The notes beneath the pieces were generated by a model. That model had not been told where the DNA came from. It ran no database searches and saw only the letters and a program-made list of their open reading frames with translations. A DNA stretch of 64,000 bases from Marsupella aquatica (taxonomy: Eukaryota; Plantae; Marchantiophyta): contig OZ316898.1 in assembly GCA_973895155.1 (NCBI GenBank), forward strand, positions 1 to 64,000. Reading direction: 5' to 3'. Made by a program: the position numbers and the translations under genes. Positions 25,301-35,452 of this stretch are shown here, one piece after another. Position 1 is the stretch's first letter; each line of letters starts with the position of its first letter.

Positions 25301-27281
25301 CTGTGTTGTTGACATCGTCGTAAATAGCACGACTCTCCTTAAGTAATTTGTCAACCCAATCTGTTCGGAGACCAAGAAGCACATCACAATTTAAAATTGA
25401 GTGGGCTTCTTGAATAATAGCATGCACCATATCTCGAAAATTGTCGATTGTAATAGATTCACCATCAACTAGACATGCTGTATTATTGGCATTCAATGGT
25501 ACTAGTCTTGGCCATACTGGAGTCCCTGCAGTAATCCTATTTGCCAAGCGCAGAGATTGCGATACAATAGTAAATGGAGTAGGTAGTGCTATGTCACTTA
25601 AATATTGAAGAAGTCGATCAGCTTCTTCATTAAGAATGGTGCTTGGGTTTTTATGCCAAAAACATTGTGCAAGGTGCATCAAAATGGTCACCCTAGCCCA
25701 ATATTTGAGTATCGCCATTGGTTGTGTAAGATGACGAACATGCCGAAATGAATACTCTTCTGCTTCTGGACTGTGGCCAACTTTTATGAGTGAATGTAAA
25801 ATAAGAAACCGAGTGAAAATACAGTTCGCTGCTCTTCCTGCTTCAAGTGTTGCAGGCATCTTTGGAGTCCAAAGATGAATCAACACATTATGTAGAACAG
25901 CTAAATCAACATTGTCAATAGAATTGTCATCTAATTCATTGAGTTGACTCATGAATTTTTGAAGAGCAATTTCCATTTCTTCTCTGTTTGTTTGAAAAAC
26001 ATGAATGTCCGAACTAAGCTCATTAGAAGATGATCGAAGCAAGCAGAGAATGAATTCTGTGATTATATCACAGTACCTACTCCTTGATGATTTTGAGTTC
26101 AATTGATTGAATCCCACTGCAACATCATCATTGATATTTGTCTTCTCCACTAGTCTTCTCAATCTGTAATCCACCTCTTTAAGAACCAAATCTTGTACAT
26201 TGTTCATGTAGATAGTCACCACTTGACTGACATATGAGAGTGGAGATTTGCCCTGCTTTGGTGGTGGGAGCATCTGTGCTTTCACCTGCAAAAATGGTAC
26301 CCCTTTTGGCATGAATTGGGCCGCAAGCTCATGCCATTTAGACTGTGCTAGCCATGGAGTTAGCTCAGCAATTGGAGGTAGAAGTTCTAACCGCAAAGAC
26401 TGAAAATGGTCATCAAACTCCTTTGTGATTATAGCCCTCAAACTTTTAGATTGCAAGTGACAGTCATCCCCATCGAGATTGAGATTGTGATGTTGAACAC
26501 TGAAGTATTTGAGGCCTATAACACGATCTGAGAGGATTTGAACTTGGCATTCACTCTTCACATTGACATAGGACAACTCAGGATGTTTTCTCAAACGATG
26601 ATTGGACATTGACCTTTTCTCCCCACAATAGTAGATGCATTGTTTGCAAGAAAAGCCGTGTCGAATGACAACACCTGGTACTGGAGAAAGCAATGCAGCT
26701 GGTGGATCTCTTGTATATGGTAATATGGATGTATCATCCATGCTTGTAAAAGAGAACTGTTGTAAGCTCCTCAATAGTTGATGACTGTCGTAGTCTGATG
26801 CTATTCGATGACACCTTGATTTCTCCCGTTGATGCTTTTGAACATGATGAATGATATTGATATTTTCATTGTATATGAGTACCGAATGACACTCTATACA
26901 TACAAGGAAAACCAATTCCTCATGACGAACAACGCAGAGATTAACACTTCTCAAGATCTCTGGTGTACCAGAATGATCTGGTGTAATGCACAATCCTTCA
27001 TTAACCGCCAAGTCGTGTGGATCAACAAATCTTTCGACTTGATTAACATGGATTGTGTCATAGTGTCGGCGAAGACTATCGCCGGGTGTGTAATACTGAG
27101 AACACATATTATCGGGGCATGCGAACATCCCATTTTCAGACTTGTGGAGGATCTCCACAGTGCCATCGCAATGCTTGAATTTGAACGTCATCCTGTGCTC
27201 AAAACGTTTGTGAGCATCTCTTGCTCTTGCTGATTGAAAAATCTGCTCACACGCACTACATGGAAAAATGGTTGTCTCCAT
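22320..27281 (-). CDS. Zn-finger + tyrosine-recombinase-like + RecQ-family helicase fusion protein (resembles fungal telomere-linked helicases)
   Basis: Intronless 1653-aa ORF. N-terminal C2H2 fingers (CSAC..HKRFEH; CPDNMC..HYDTIH; CIEC..HHVQKH; CKQC..HRLRKH). YR-like series AGLPARGEE / YHKG / EYRHLAA / GGH..HHY. RecQ/SF2 motifs LPTGTGKS, DEIH, LTAT, HAG, VAT and QESGRAGRDG, the RecQ Zn module CRR..C..CDIC, and C-terminal Cys/His knuckles. Confidence 0.9.
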   Translation of the reverse strand: METTIFPCSACEQIFQSARARDAHKRFEHRMTFKFKHCDGTVEILHKSENGMFACPDNMCSQYYTPGDSLRRHYDTIHVNQVERFVDPHDLAVNEGLCITPDHSGTPEILRSVNLCVVRHEELVFLVCIECHSVLIYNENINIIHHVQKHQREKSRCHRIASDYDSHQLLRSLQQFSFTSMDDTSILPYTRDPPAALLSPVPGVVIRHGFSCKQCIYYCGEKRSMSNHRLRKHPELSYVNVKSECQVQILSDRVIGLKYFSVQHHNLNLDGDDCHLQSKSLRAIITKEFDDHFQSLRLELLPPIAELTPWLAQSKWHELAAQFMPKGVPFLQVKAQMLPPPKQGKSPLSYVSQVVTIYMNNVQDLVLKEVDYRLRRLVEKTNINDDVAVGFNQLNSKSSRSRYCDIITEFILCLLRSSSNELSSDIHVFQTNREEMEIALQKFMSQLNELDDNSIDNVDLAVLHNVLIHLWTPKMPATLEAGRAANCIFTRFLILHSLIKVGHSPEAEEYSFRHVRHLTQPMAILKYWARVTILMHLAQCFWHKNPSTILNEEADRLLQYLSDIALPTPFTIVSQSLRLANRITAGTPVWPRLVPLNANNTACLVDGESITIDNFRDMVHAIIQEAHSILNCDVLLGLRTDWVDKLLKESRAIYDDVNNTEVGYNFVIDPRNRILQQHGLDLLTHLFVDPKIRGHFILGRTDRNDVIWNDITLYKWMTACSDLQEKLNLLIHFTAGLPARGEEYNSFLIRNTATSERSFYWATAGPDDDPTTKLLEHHTIALFQTYHKGANTGAPMKPLIRFLPSSLRTLFLVYFCLVRPTQSYVAQKIWGKEVARNYDDCWFVDMDKKQDAHDLSKSIHNNFFKRCGVTFGLSEYRHLAAFFSEKIRDQRTQDLDDIVDVAGGHTTATMGHHYAQSVKDLRAIDGHLLRAFRIFTDKWHALLNLSDKSPRLIHLDSSTTGCREVTLDPFPRTTTVLRPRHDIELEIDHVPSKTRVVYCPAYGEPSTSVVGDVDSALHICHDTSIRASIALHKLGHKRWRSTEQAISVALAIENTVDFVTVLPTGTGKSLIFMAPSTLMDKTVIVVVPFKSLISGHLSECRKAGIGHTVFTSGFALGIGVTPAIVFVSIETAADSDTFGVFANHLQATQRLHSIVFDEIHTLQCHFRPKMRNLISLMKVPCQIIGLTATLPPTQQSDIELTLGSRLHWVRSSTVRPNIRYMVVEVPDMDGEIVRQLQDWKRSSLVHDRAIVYCLTRDEVQEMAKLLEARNLCCTFLHAGCSTADTVKTLKKWESKGCEIMVATGVIGSGYNYKSIRLVIHRGNFRSFEQFHQESGRAGRDGLLAISTIVSNSSYRNEALRMDSNFKIPNKWIEETKMCRRFALHASVDGKPQMCYLIPDAIPCDICSQAADNQELPMEYEAEELSQARSEVVEIVSQGSISQNIQGGQSVRVTAPGERTTPASSLGSSQGKGTTTTVVARARPTLIKQRIDEAMNKICIIRKFAGDRKKCLMCWSPLSKSVPHGILQCPYVRGRCVKCLGTHNRANCDNKFPSRPDTCFKCHFPHQPSGMRFHEGLYGDQCEDESGERLRLFVWKAWRFDNIQSDLFRAIPEIKGKSDQELCEWVVSTSPEALGNNFMRLVATIVRIKYPEFR

Positions 27282-27999
27282 CGATCCTACACATCAATGT
27301 CACAAGCTCGTGCCATAAATTGCCATGTACTATCGGGAATAGATTACAAGAAGCGCAGGAATAGATTACAGGAAGCTCATGCAAGTGTTCTTTGTCTCTA
27401 GTATCTACCAAGCTACTGAACTCTCAAGCATAGTTATAATTGAGCTTGCGCTTGAGTTCTGATCATGATGTTACAAGGTAGTCTATTGGAGTTCAGTTCT
27501 CTGTAAAAAATTCAGAGCAATGTAATAAACTAAAACCGTAAAGATTTGGAGTCTGAAGACATCAATGTAAAGCTAATAAATGTGTGCACAAAAATAGATA
27601 ATCATTGCATGGCCAGCTATGCAGTCAACCCCCAGAGCACAACTGACAGCTACATGCCCAATGCATTTTGCATACATATATAGATTCAAAATCATAATCC
27701 CATGCATATATTCGCATTTGTTAAGAGAATTTAAGGAATTATGTCCTTCATGAATTAAAGCTTGTCCCAATAGATTACTTTTATTTAATTTACCTGACAA
27801 AATATTATGGGGCTTGGAAGCTTGTAGAATGATTCTGTTCAATTCCCAAAGGTAGATTATCGCAGTTCAACTTGCCGCCGACATTTGCAAAGTGACTAGC
27901 TGCAACCACTGTGTAATGCGATACATGTGGGCAACCACTGTATAATGTGATGTGGCAACTCTACCATCTAATGAAGACAAAATGCTTGAACTAAGGACA

Positions 28000-29460
28000 T
28001 CAATGTTTGGTTGTAGATTGGGTTAGGAAATGTGGGTTGTGGCATGGGTTTAGGGTCTTATGTTGGGAGTTGAGAAAGACTGGAGTTACAAAATTTGGTG
28101 TGGTGTTGGGGCTGAGGGGGTTGGGAGTTGTGTGTTGGGGATTGAGGGGTTGTGGGTTCAAGGGGAAGTTGTGTCTTGGGTTGGGTAGGTTGAGAGTTGT
28201 ATGTTGGGGAGCTTGGTTGCAGATTGGGTTAGGAAATTTGGGTTGTGGCATGGGTTGGGGGAGATGTGTTGGGGGTTGAGAAAGTCTGGAGTTAGGGAGT
28301 TAATTTGTTGTAGAGTTGGGTGTTGGGGGTTAAGGGATTCATTTGGGGAGTTGTGTCTTGGGTTGGGTAGGTTGAGAATTCTGTGTTGGGAGTTGAGTAA
28401 GTTGGGGAGTTTGGTTGTAGGTTAGGTTAGGAAATGTGGGTTGTGGCATGGGTTGGGGGAGATGTGTTGGGGGTTGAGAAAGTTTGGAGTTAGGGAGTTA
28501 ATTTGTTGTAGAGTTGGGTGTTGGGGGTTGAGGGATTCATTTGGGGAGTTGTGTCTTGGGTTGGGTAGGTTGAGAGATTTGTGTTGGGAGTTAACACAGT
28601 TTGGAGTTACAAAATTTGGTGTTGTGTTGGGGTGTGAGGGGGTTGGGAGTTGTGTGTTGGGGATTGAGGGGTGTTGGGGATTGTTGGGTGTTGGGGGTTG
28701 AGGGATTGGAAGTTGTGTCTTGGGTTGGGTAGATAGATAGTTGTATGTTGGGGGTTAAGGGAGTTGGGGAGTTATGTGTTTACCGGTTGAAGGAGTTTGG
28801 AGTTTGGTTGTGGGTGGGGGTTGACATTGTGGGTTGGGGGAGTCGTGGGTTGGGGATTGAGGGGTTGTGGGTTCAAGGGGAAGTTGTGTCTTGGGTTGGG
28901 TAGGTTGAGAGTTGTGTGTTGGGAGTTGAGTGAGTTGGGGAGTTTGGTTGTGGGTTGTGGCATGGGTTGGGGGAGATGTGTTGGGGGTTGAGAAAGTCTG
29001 GAGTTAGGGATTTAATTTGTTGTAGAGTTGGGTGTTGGGGGTTGAGGGATTCATTTGGGGAGTTGTGTCTTGGGTTGGGTAGGTTGAGAGATTTATGTTG
29101 GGAGTTGAGAAAGTTTGGAGTTACAAAATTTGGTGTAGTGTTGGGGGGCTGAGGGGGTTGGGAGTTGTGTGTTGGGGATTAAGGGGTTGTGGGTTCAAGG
29201 GGAAGTTGTGTCTTGGGTTGGGTAGGTTGAGAGTTGTGTGTTGGGGGTTGAGTGAGTTGGGGATTTAATTTGTTGTAGAGTTGGGTGTTGGGGGTTCAGG
29301 GATTGGAAGTTGTGTCTTGGGTTGGGTAGGTAGACAGTTGTATGTTGGGGGTTGAGGGAGTTGGGGAGTTATGTGTTGGAGGTTGAAGGAGTTTGGAGTT
29401 TGGTTGTGGGTGGGGGTTGACATTGTGGGTTGGGGGAGTTGTGGGTTGGGAGTTGCCGGG
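28000..29460 (+). repeat. G/T-rich, strand-asymmetric degenerate tandem array (GGGTT/GGGGTT/GGGAGTT motifs)
   Basis: The + strand is almost C-free. Blocks such as agttgtgtcttgggttgggtaggttgaga and ggcatgggttgggggagatgtgttgggggttgagaaag recur many times. Confidence 0.9.
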
Positions 29461-29844
29461 GAAGTTGTTTGTTGGGATAGAGACAACCATGTTGTAAAAG
29501 ATGGACAAGAAAGATGATAAAGAAAATCCAACACAAAAGGGAAAATCAACACTAAACCTTTGAACCTTTGATCCCTGAGTATAGACAGCCACAACAAGGG
29601 CAGACTGACACATTGGGCAGTCAGTTGTAAAAGATGGACAAGGAAGATGATAAAGAAAAGCCAACACTTAGTCTAGAAAGAGGGGAAATTCAGAGAAAAT
29701 CTGGACTGTCAATAAGAAGAGATAGATGGGCAAGATCATGTGCAAGGACTTCAATTCAATCCAATCTTCAATGGAAAATCCCAGTTCTTACAATATACGG
29801 TTAACATAATTATGTATACAAATCATCATTCCTGCTTATATGTC

Positions 29845-30055
29845 ACAAGTATCTCCTCGACAAGACAAGTCAACAATAAATATCAACCTGCTTATCCGCC
29901 ACAAGTATCTCCTCGATAGGACAAGCCAACAATAAATATCAACCGTGAAAAGTCAAAAATAAATGTTAGCCGTGGAAAGTACCTCCTTGACACGACAAGT
30001 CAACAATAAATATCAGCCATCGTAACAATAAATATTAGCATGGAAAGTCAACAAT
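29845..30055. repeat. Short repeated motifs near the putative element end
   Basis: gacaag(t/c)caacaataaatatca recurs at about 29864, 29920 and 29994, with partial copies nearby. Confidence 0.7.
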
Positions 30056-30208
30056 GAATGTTGGCCGTGGATTTTAAATGAACGGGCCAGATGCTTGTAT
30101 ACACACGACCACACCATCTTCTTCACGACCGCCACTACACTTGTTACAGGCCTCCAAAACAGCCACACAGCCGCTGCACTACGGCCGTAATGCGCCGATA
30201 ATATATAT

Positions 30209-31171
30209 AGGCTGTGGAGGAAGCGTTGGGGGCGTCCATTGAAGACCAGACACCGCTGCCATGACGGTGGTGGAGGGCCGCTCCTTTTAAGGAGGGCGAT
30301 CGTGGAGGGTGGAGGCGTGAGTGGGCAGGGCGGGCTCAGATCTCCAAGTTTAGAATTAGGATCAGGACCAGGAGGCGGCCCTGACACTTAGCTTAGTGGG
30401 ATTGCGGATCCACTGGTAAAAGCAACACTTGTACTCCTGCCTCGCTGTACATAGGTAGATTATAGTTAGGTAGATTAGGCTTACGCTGCAAGGAATTAGG
30501 CGGATGCACTACCAGGATAAGTACCTGGGCAGCGGAGAGCTCAGGGCCTTCTTCCTTAGCAAGTTTTTAGTGCACCAGTAGGGCTGGGATCAAGTAGTTA
30601 AAGAAGCTCTTGGTTAGTTATACGGTGACCCTTGTGTATATTCATGTTTCCTCATGCCTAAGAGATGAATAGAGTTGGCCTCACAACTTAGTTCGCAGAT
30701 CTTGTGTATGAGAAGTACTGTTTGTATGACAAGTGCATGGTATAACTCAGTCAGAATGAATCATTTTACTATTTGTGTGTTGCATTAACTTGTTTGAAGA
30801 TTGCCCACATCAACCAAGAAGGGAGTAAGCAAGGTAATAAGAGTTGGATGTGTCGAGCTGAGAGAGGTCTTAGCGGCTTACCCAAGCCAGTTGGGGATCA
30901 TTCCGGCGGCGGAATCCAAATATACCTAAAGAAAGAAACCAAGAGAGGAGGACAAGGGAAGGGTTAGAATAGGCCGGCTACGTATCTCATGACCCGATGA
31001 AGGATCTGTCCAGTATATGTGAGTAAAATGTTAATAGTAATAGTAGTAAAGGAATTTAGCAGCGTCCCATGCCACTAAGCCGCGGAACCGGCCTCATCGA
31101 GCGCGAAACCTGCGGGAATCGGCTTGTGCAGGGGGGTTTCTTGGGTTTAGGGAGCCATGGATCGCACCACA
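30209..31171 (+). mobile_element. Truncated copy of the TG...CA element family seen at 55052-59269 (3' part only)
   Basis: Homologous to the reverse complement of about 55052-55562, including the terminus ...gggagccatggatcgcaccaca (31171). Homology stops abruptly at about 30209. Confidence 0.85.
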
Positions 31172-31527
31172 GGAATCCACACTCAAGATTTTCCCAAGCA
31201 ATGAAAGGAAAAATCCGGCTTAGAGACTCCGAGGTGTCTACTATCCTCTTCGACTACGTGGGCAGGAATCTGCGGTGTTGTTTTTGCTTCTCCTACAGGC
31301 ACTTACCGGCTGCCTGTTCTGCATCATGGCCCCATTATTTTGACAACCTGGTAACACAATTCAACATTCGTGAAGCAGGAACTCGGCATCCCACACATCG
31401 AAAGGAATGGCCGGATCGCGAGGTCCTAGAAGTGTGCCAAGGGGTGGAGTATAAGGCAAGGCAGGAGGCAACTTTTTGGCAGGCGTAGGCTGAGGAGCAA
31501 CAACAACGGGAGGAAGCTGAATTACAA
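31172..31527 (+). pseudogene. LINE ORF1-like zinc-knuckle remnant, split by the 31528-41491 insertion
   Basis: FDYVGRNLRCCFCFSYRHLPAAC (CxxC..H..C). The reading frame EEQQQREEAELQ|HLALRAQEFEADRA rejoins across the insertion at 41497. Confidence 0.45.
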
Positions 31528-32986
31528 TGTAGTATCACACTAGGGACATAAATAAAAATTTAGGACCCAAAACTCGGTATTCGTTCCCATGGAAGAACAT
31601 GTGAGGAATGATTTTCTATGATTTAGCACTTTTGAATGACTTAAGTAACAAAACACAAAGGTGAGCCTTTTACTATGGTTGCTCAGCAAGGCATAGTTTT
31701 GAATGTTTGCTTAACATTGTAAATAAAATAACAAAATGGAAACAATTAACAAAACACAATAAAATCTTGAGGTATGGTGAGGGAGTCTGGAAAATACCAA
31801 GGTAACTTCTCAACATAACTTAATTTGAGATGATTTAAGGTGAGGAATCTGCAAGGACATTTTTGGAATGGAATGCTTTACTAGGGTGGTTTATTAAAGT
31901 GCCGTCAACACATCTCAACCTTTCCTTCCAAGGTACTAAGTTAGGATTAACAACCAATCACTTCAGTATCTAATCGGTACTTTGAGTCACGAATATCAAG
32001 CACCATCATCAACAATTTAAAGTCACAGGTAATTGGGTGATAACATTCTTTGCACCTCGTGCACAAGCAATGTTATGCCAATAACATATGCATCAAGAAC
32101 TCAAGAATGTATAGCTTTCACCAACTAAGGAATCTATCTCCACACATTCAAAAGATTCATCAATCATAAAGTTTTACTTCTCTGGTCTGAAATCTCAACA
32201 TTCAAACACAAGGAAGGGGAAGAAATCCTTTGTATTAAGTACTCATCAACAACATAGAGTGCTTGTTACAAATGGAGGTAACAAAGTTGCAGACTTGCAA
32301 CTAAGCGCTCATGAAATTTCTTCACACAAGAAATGACATGAGAACTACTATTTATATGCTAGGAGGAACCAAAAGAGATAATGAAAGGACATGCCCTTTC
32401 TTATCTCAAGGGTCACAGGTAAAAGTAAAAGTAACAAAAGTGTACTACAGGAGTACCTAAGGTTCAGTGGAATGTTCCTGGAATGAAAAGCTAACCAAAA
32501 GGTATTTCAAGGGTTAACTATTGTAAAAGGGAATTTGTGATAAAACTAATGAATAGGGGTTTTATCCAAATTTTAATTTCTAAACTAAAAGTCATAAAAA
32601 GGTGAGACTTTGCTGAAGTGGTCTCTGATGTATATTCTTCATGATGGATAAATATGAGACTTTTCTAAGATACCTAAGTGCCTCAATAAAATAGGCAAAA
32701 GTGTTAAAAATGTTAAAAAAAACGAAAACCGGAAATTTTTCTAAGTGTTGGGCGCATGCGCGCATAAAAGCATGGGCGCATAAGCGCATTAGCGTTTTCG
32801 CGTCTAAGCAAAAAATAGTAAAATTAAAATATTTTTAACTTTCAAACCACAGGTCGGTTTGAGTTGAGATTTTCAGGGTAGGTTCTACTACGTAAGGGCT
32901 ATCTACTGGAAAAGTATCAGTCTTTTCTGACTACTTTAAATATTTAACTAAATTGCGTAGATCTATATAACTTAACTATGGTAGAG

Positions 32987-35452
32987 CTAATATTGTTGGA
33001 GTAGTGCCGTCGGATCTGGTTGCTGAGCTCTGGTGTAGGTGTTGGTCTGCATAGCTTCTCGAATTGCATCCATATCTTGAGTGTGATGCCGGTAGAAAGG
33101 TAGAGACTTCCGCTGTCGTTCAAGATCAAGTACAGGAAGTAGCCTCCGGTGTAGCATGGTATTTACCTTGCTAGCTTGCATGTAAATACCAATGAAGTCG
33201 TAAGTGCAGCAAGTAGCATGGTAGTTTTGAGAAAACTTGGCCATGAATACCTCGGAGTCTCTGGCAAATGGTAGAAATGAAGTAACTCTAGGTAGGAGTT
33301 CACGCCACTTCAGAGTATACTCTATTAATCATTGAGAAGTAATGTTATTCCAGATCCTCTGCTTCTCAGAGACTGGAATAACAAATCGTTGGAGGACAAC
33401 AGGCTGGACTGGAGAAGCTTCATGATTCATCTGAAATCTCCTCTTGGTTTGTCTTAAGAAGACAATGATGAACTCCAGGACATAAGCAGGTAGATTCCCA
33501 AAATAAGCTAGAGCCAGATCTCCATTCTCCAATACAAGGTGTCCAACGAGGATCATGACAGCGAGAACAGGGCAAAAATACTCAGCTTCTGTCCAGATCT
33601 CATCCATCTCTGCTATCTCCAAGCGAGTGACCTCTAGCAAATAAAGTTTCAAAATATAAAAGCATTCAACTCTCTTCTTATGGTAATATTTCCAAAACTC
33701 TAAAATAGGAGGGGATCTAAGGTATGAGACTCTAACAAACTCAGCGAACTGTTTAATACTTTCCTGAGGGGTTTTTGGATCGATATGCAGGGTAGGGATA
33801 AAATTGACTTGGCATGATTTGTCTTGACTAGGTGGAAGAGTGTCAGGGAAAGAAATGGCAAGATGTGCACCTGCAGGAGTGATCTCAGGTTCTGGAAAAC
33901 TAGGAAAAAGTTGGTTTGGTTGGTTTGAAGGACTATAAGGAGAAGTAGGTGAATGGCTAGAAGGGGAACTAGAATAAGAAATGGGAGAGCCTGATGCTGA
34001 GGTATGATAGCGAACTGCAGAGTAAACTTGCTTGGTGTTGCAGCCGAACATCTGAGTGAATCTATGGACGAGATCTTCACAGTATTCCAAGTGCTGGTCG
34101 TGGCTTGAAATACGTGATAATCTATACATAACCTCATCTAATACTTCGATCAAATGATCAGGATCACACTCCAACATCTTGCAAATTTCACCTACAAGAT
34201 TAAAGTAGTACTCAGCTGAATGTCGGGGTGAAGTATTCACAATTTGTTGAAGATCCGTTCCCAGCGGTGGTAATCTCTCATCTATTGGGGATCCCATGAT
34301 AGTGTCGGGATTCTCGATGTCTGTCAAAGAAAGATGATGTGTAGTTCCAGGGGCTTCTGATTGTCCTTCAATGAACGGATGTTTTGATTGGATAGGACTC
34401 TGGGTGGGTGAATAAATGGAAGTGGGACTGTATGGAGTAATACAATTATAGGCTGGCAAGGGTTGAGTAACAGAAGCAGTTCTTAATCTATCTACAATAG
34501 GGAGGATTTCTTCTGGATCACAGGTCAGCATTCTAGACAAACTATCTACTATATTCTGATTAAAAATAGCCTTCCCATCATCAATCAATTTCTCTGGATG
34601 ATTATGTTCACTGTCAGGAATAACAGGGAGAGGAGTGTGGTCGGTCGGACTACTATTAGTATGGTAAGGTGTAATCTCAAAGTGAGGATTAATATCCTCA
34701 TTCATAAGTTCCAGAGTAGGTGGCATAATTTCTTGGTGACTAGCTTCTGATGTTTCCTCCATTCTCAGATCATTGAGTCTCGAATCAGTCTCCGAATGTT
34801 CCACATCTAATTCCTCCAATAGTGAAATCTTTTCGAGCTTTTCCTGTGGGAGTAGACAGTCTCCATACCAGTAGAGTTGACTGAGGTAAGCTGGGAGGTA
34901 TGTAGGCTTTCCATTCTGTACAGCATTGATTTGACTGAGGATGGTGTGTCTCAATAACAATCCCCAATTAACTTCAGCAAGTCCTTTCCATGAAGTAACA
35001 AATGTGTTTGCTAAAGATATAGGTACCATATATGGTCGAGTGGGATGAAAAATTGGTACCAGAAACTCAAGGATGATCTGGAAGGTATACTCAATACATT
35101 GATTAAGCTTCCATCCAGCTTTTGTATTTCTTGTCCCAGCGAACATTGGATCAGATAAAGTACTCTTTCCAGATTATAAACCACAGCCTTCTGATGAACA
35201 ACTAAAAGCGTCGGCCACGAACTCTAAGTCCCACTTCTCGGGATCTGCTCGAATAGTCTCCTGAAACGCTTCTGGAATTTGTGACCAATTAGCGAACTCG
35301 CGCAAGTAGGTAGGACACACAGAAGACCACGGAATGGATAGAAGTTTTCCCAGGTGCATAACTTCTAGAGCATCGGTCAATAACATCAAATCCCTCTCGA
35401 GTGCGGGATACTTCACCGATATAGCTCTAGGAATAGGTGTGGACCGGCTCAA
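32987..35452 (-). pseudogene. Retrotransposon accessory ORF (plant-mobile-domain/Transposase_28-like N-terminus), about 820 codons with two in-frame stops
   Basis: ORFs 35174..35452, 33329..35146 and 32987..33244 share one frame, separated by a single TAA and a single TGA. Motifs LLSIPW..LREF..IRADPEKW..GWKLNQC..LEFLVPIFHPTRP..VNWG..YLSQLY resemble bryophyte retroelement accessory proteins. Confidence 0.65.

Noticed and set aside
22320-27281. Housekeeping plant RecQ (RECQ4/WRN-like) or Helitron RepHel
   Set aside because: It is intronless with YR-like and multiple Zn-finger domains, and the helicase is SF2 RecQ rather than the Pif1-type SF1 plus HUH Rep of Helitrons.
28000-29460. True telomere or interstitial telomere tract
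   Set aside because: There is no perfect (TTTAGGG)n or (TTAGGG)n run; the motifs are degenerate and embedded in longer units.
28000-29667. Numerous Gly/Trp/Cys- or Pro/Asn-rich ORFs
   Set aside because: These are translations of the G/T-skewed repeat.
30195-30212. Helitron 5' end (TC-TATATA)
   Set aside because: The minus strand reads CC|TATATATA rather than A|TC, and no CTRR/hairpin 3' end or RepHel was identified.
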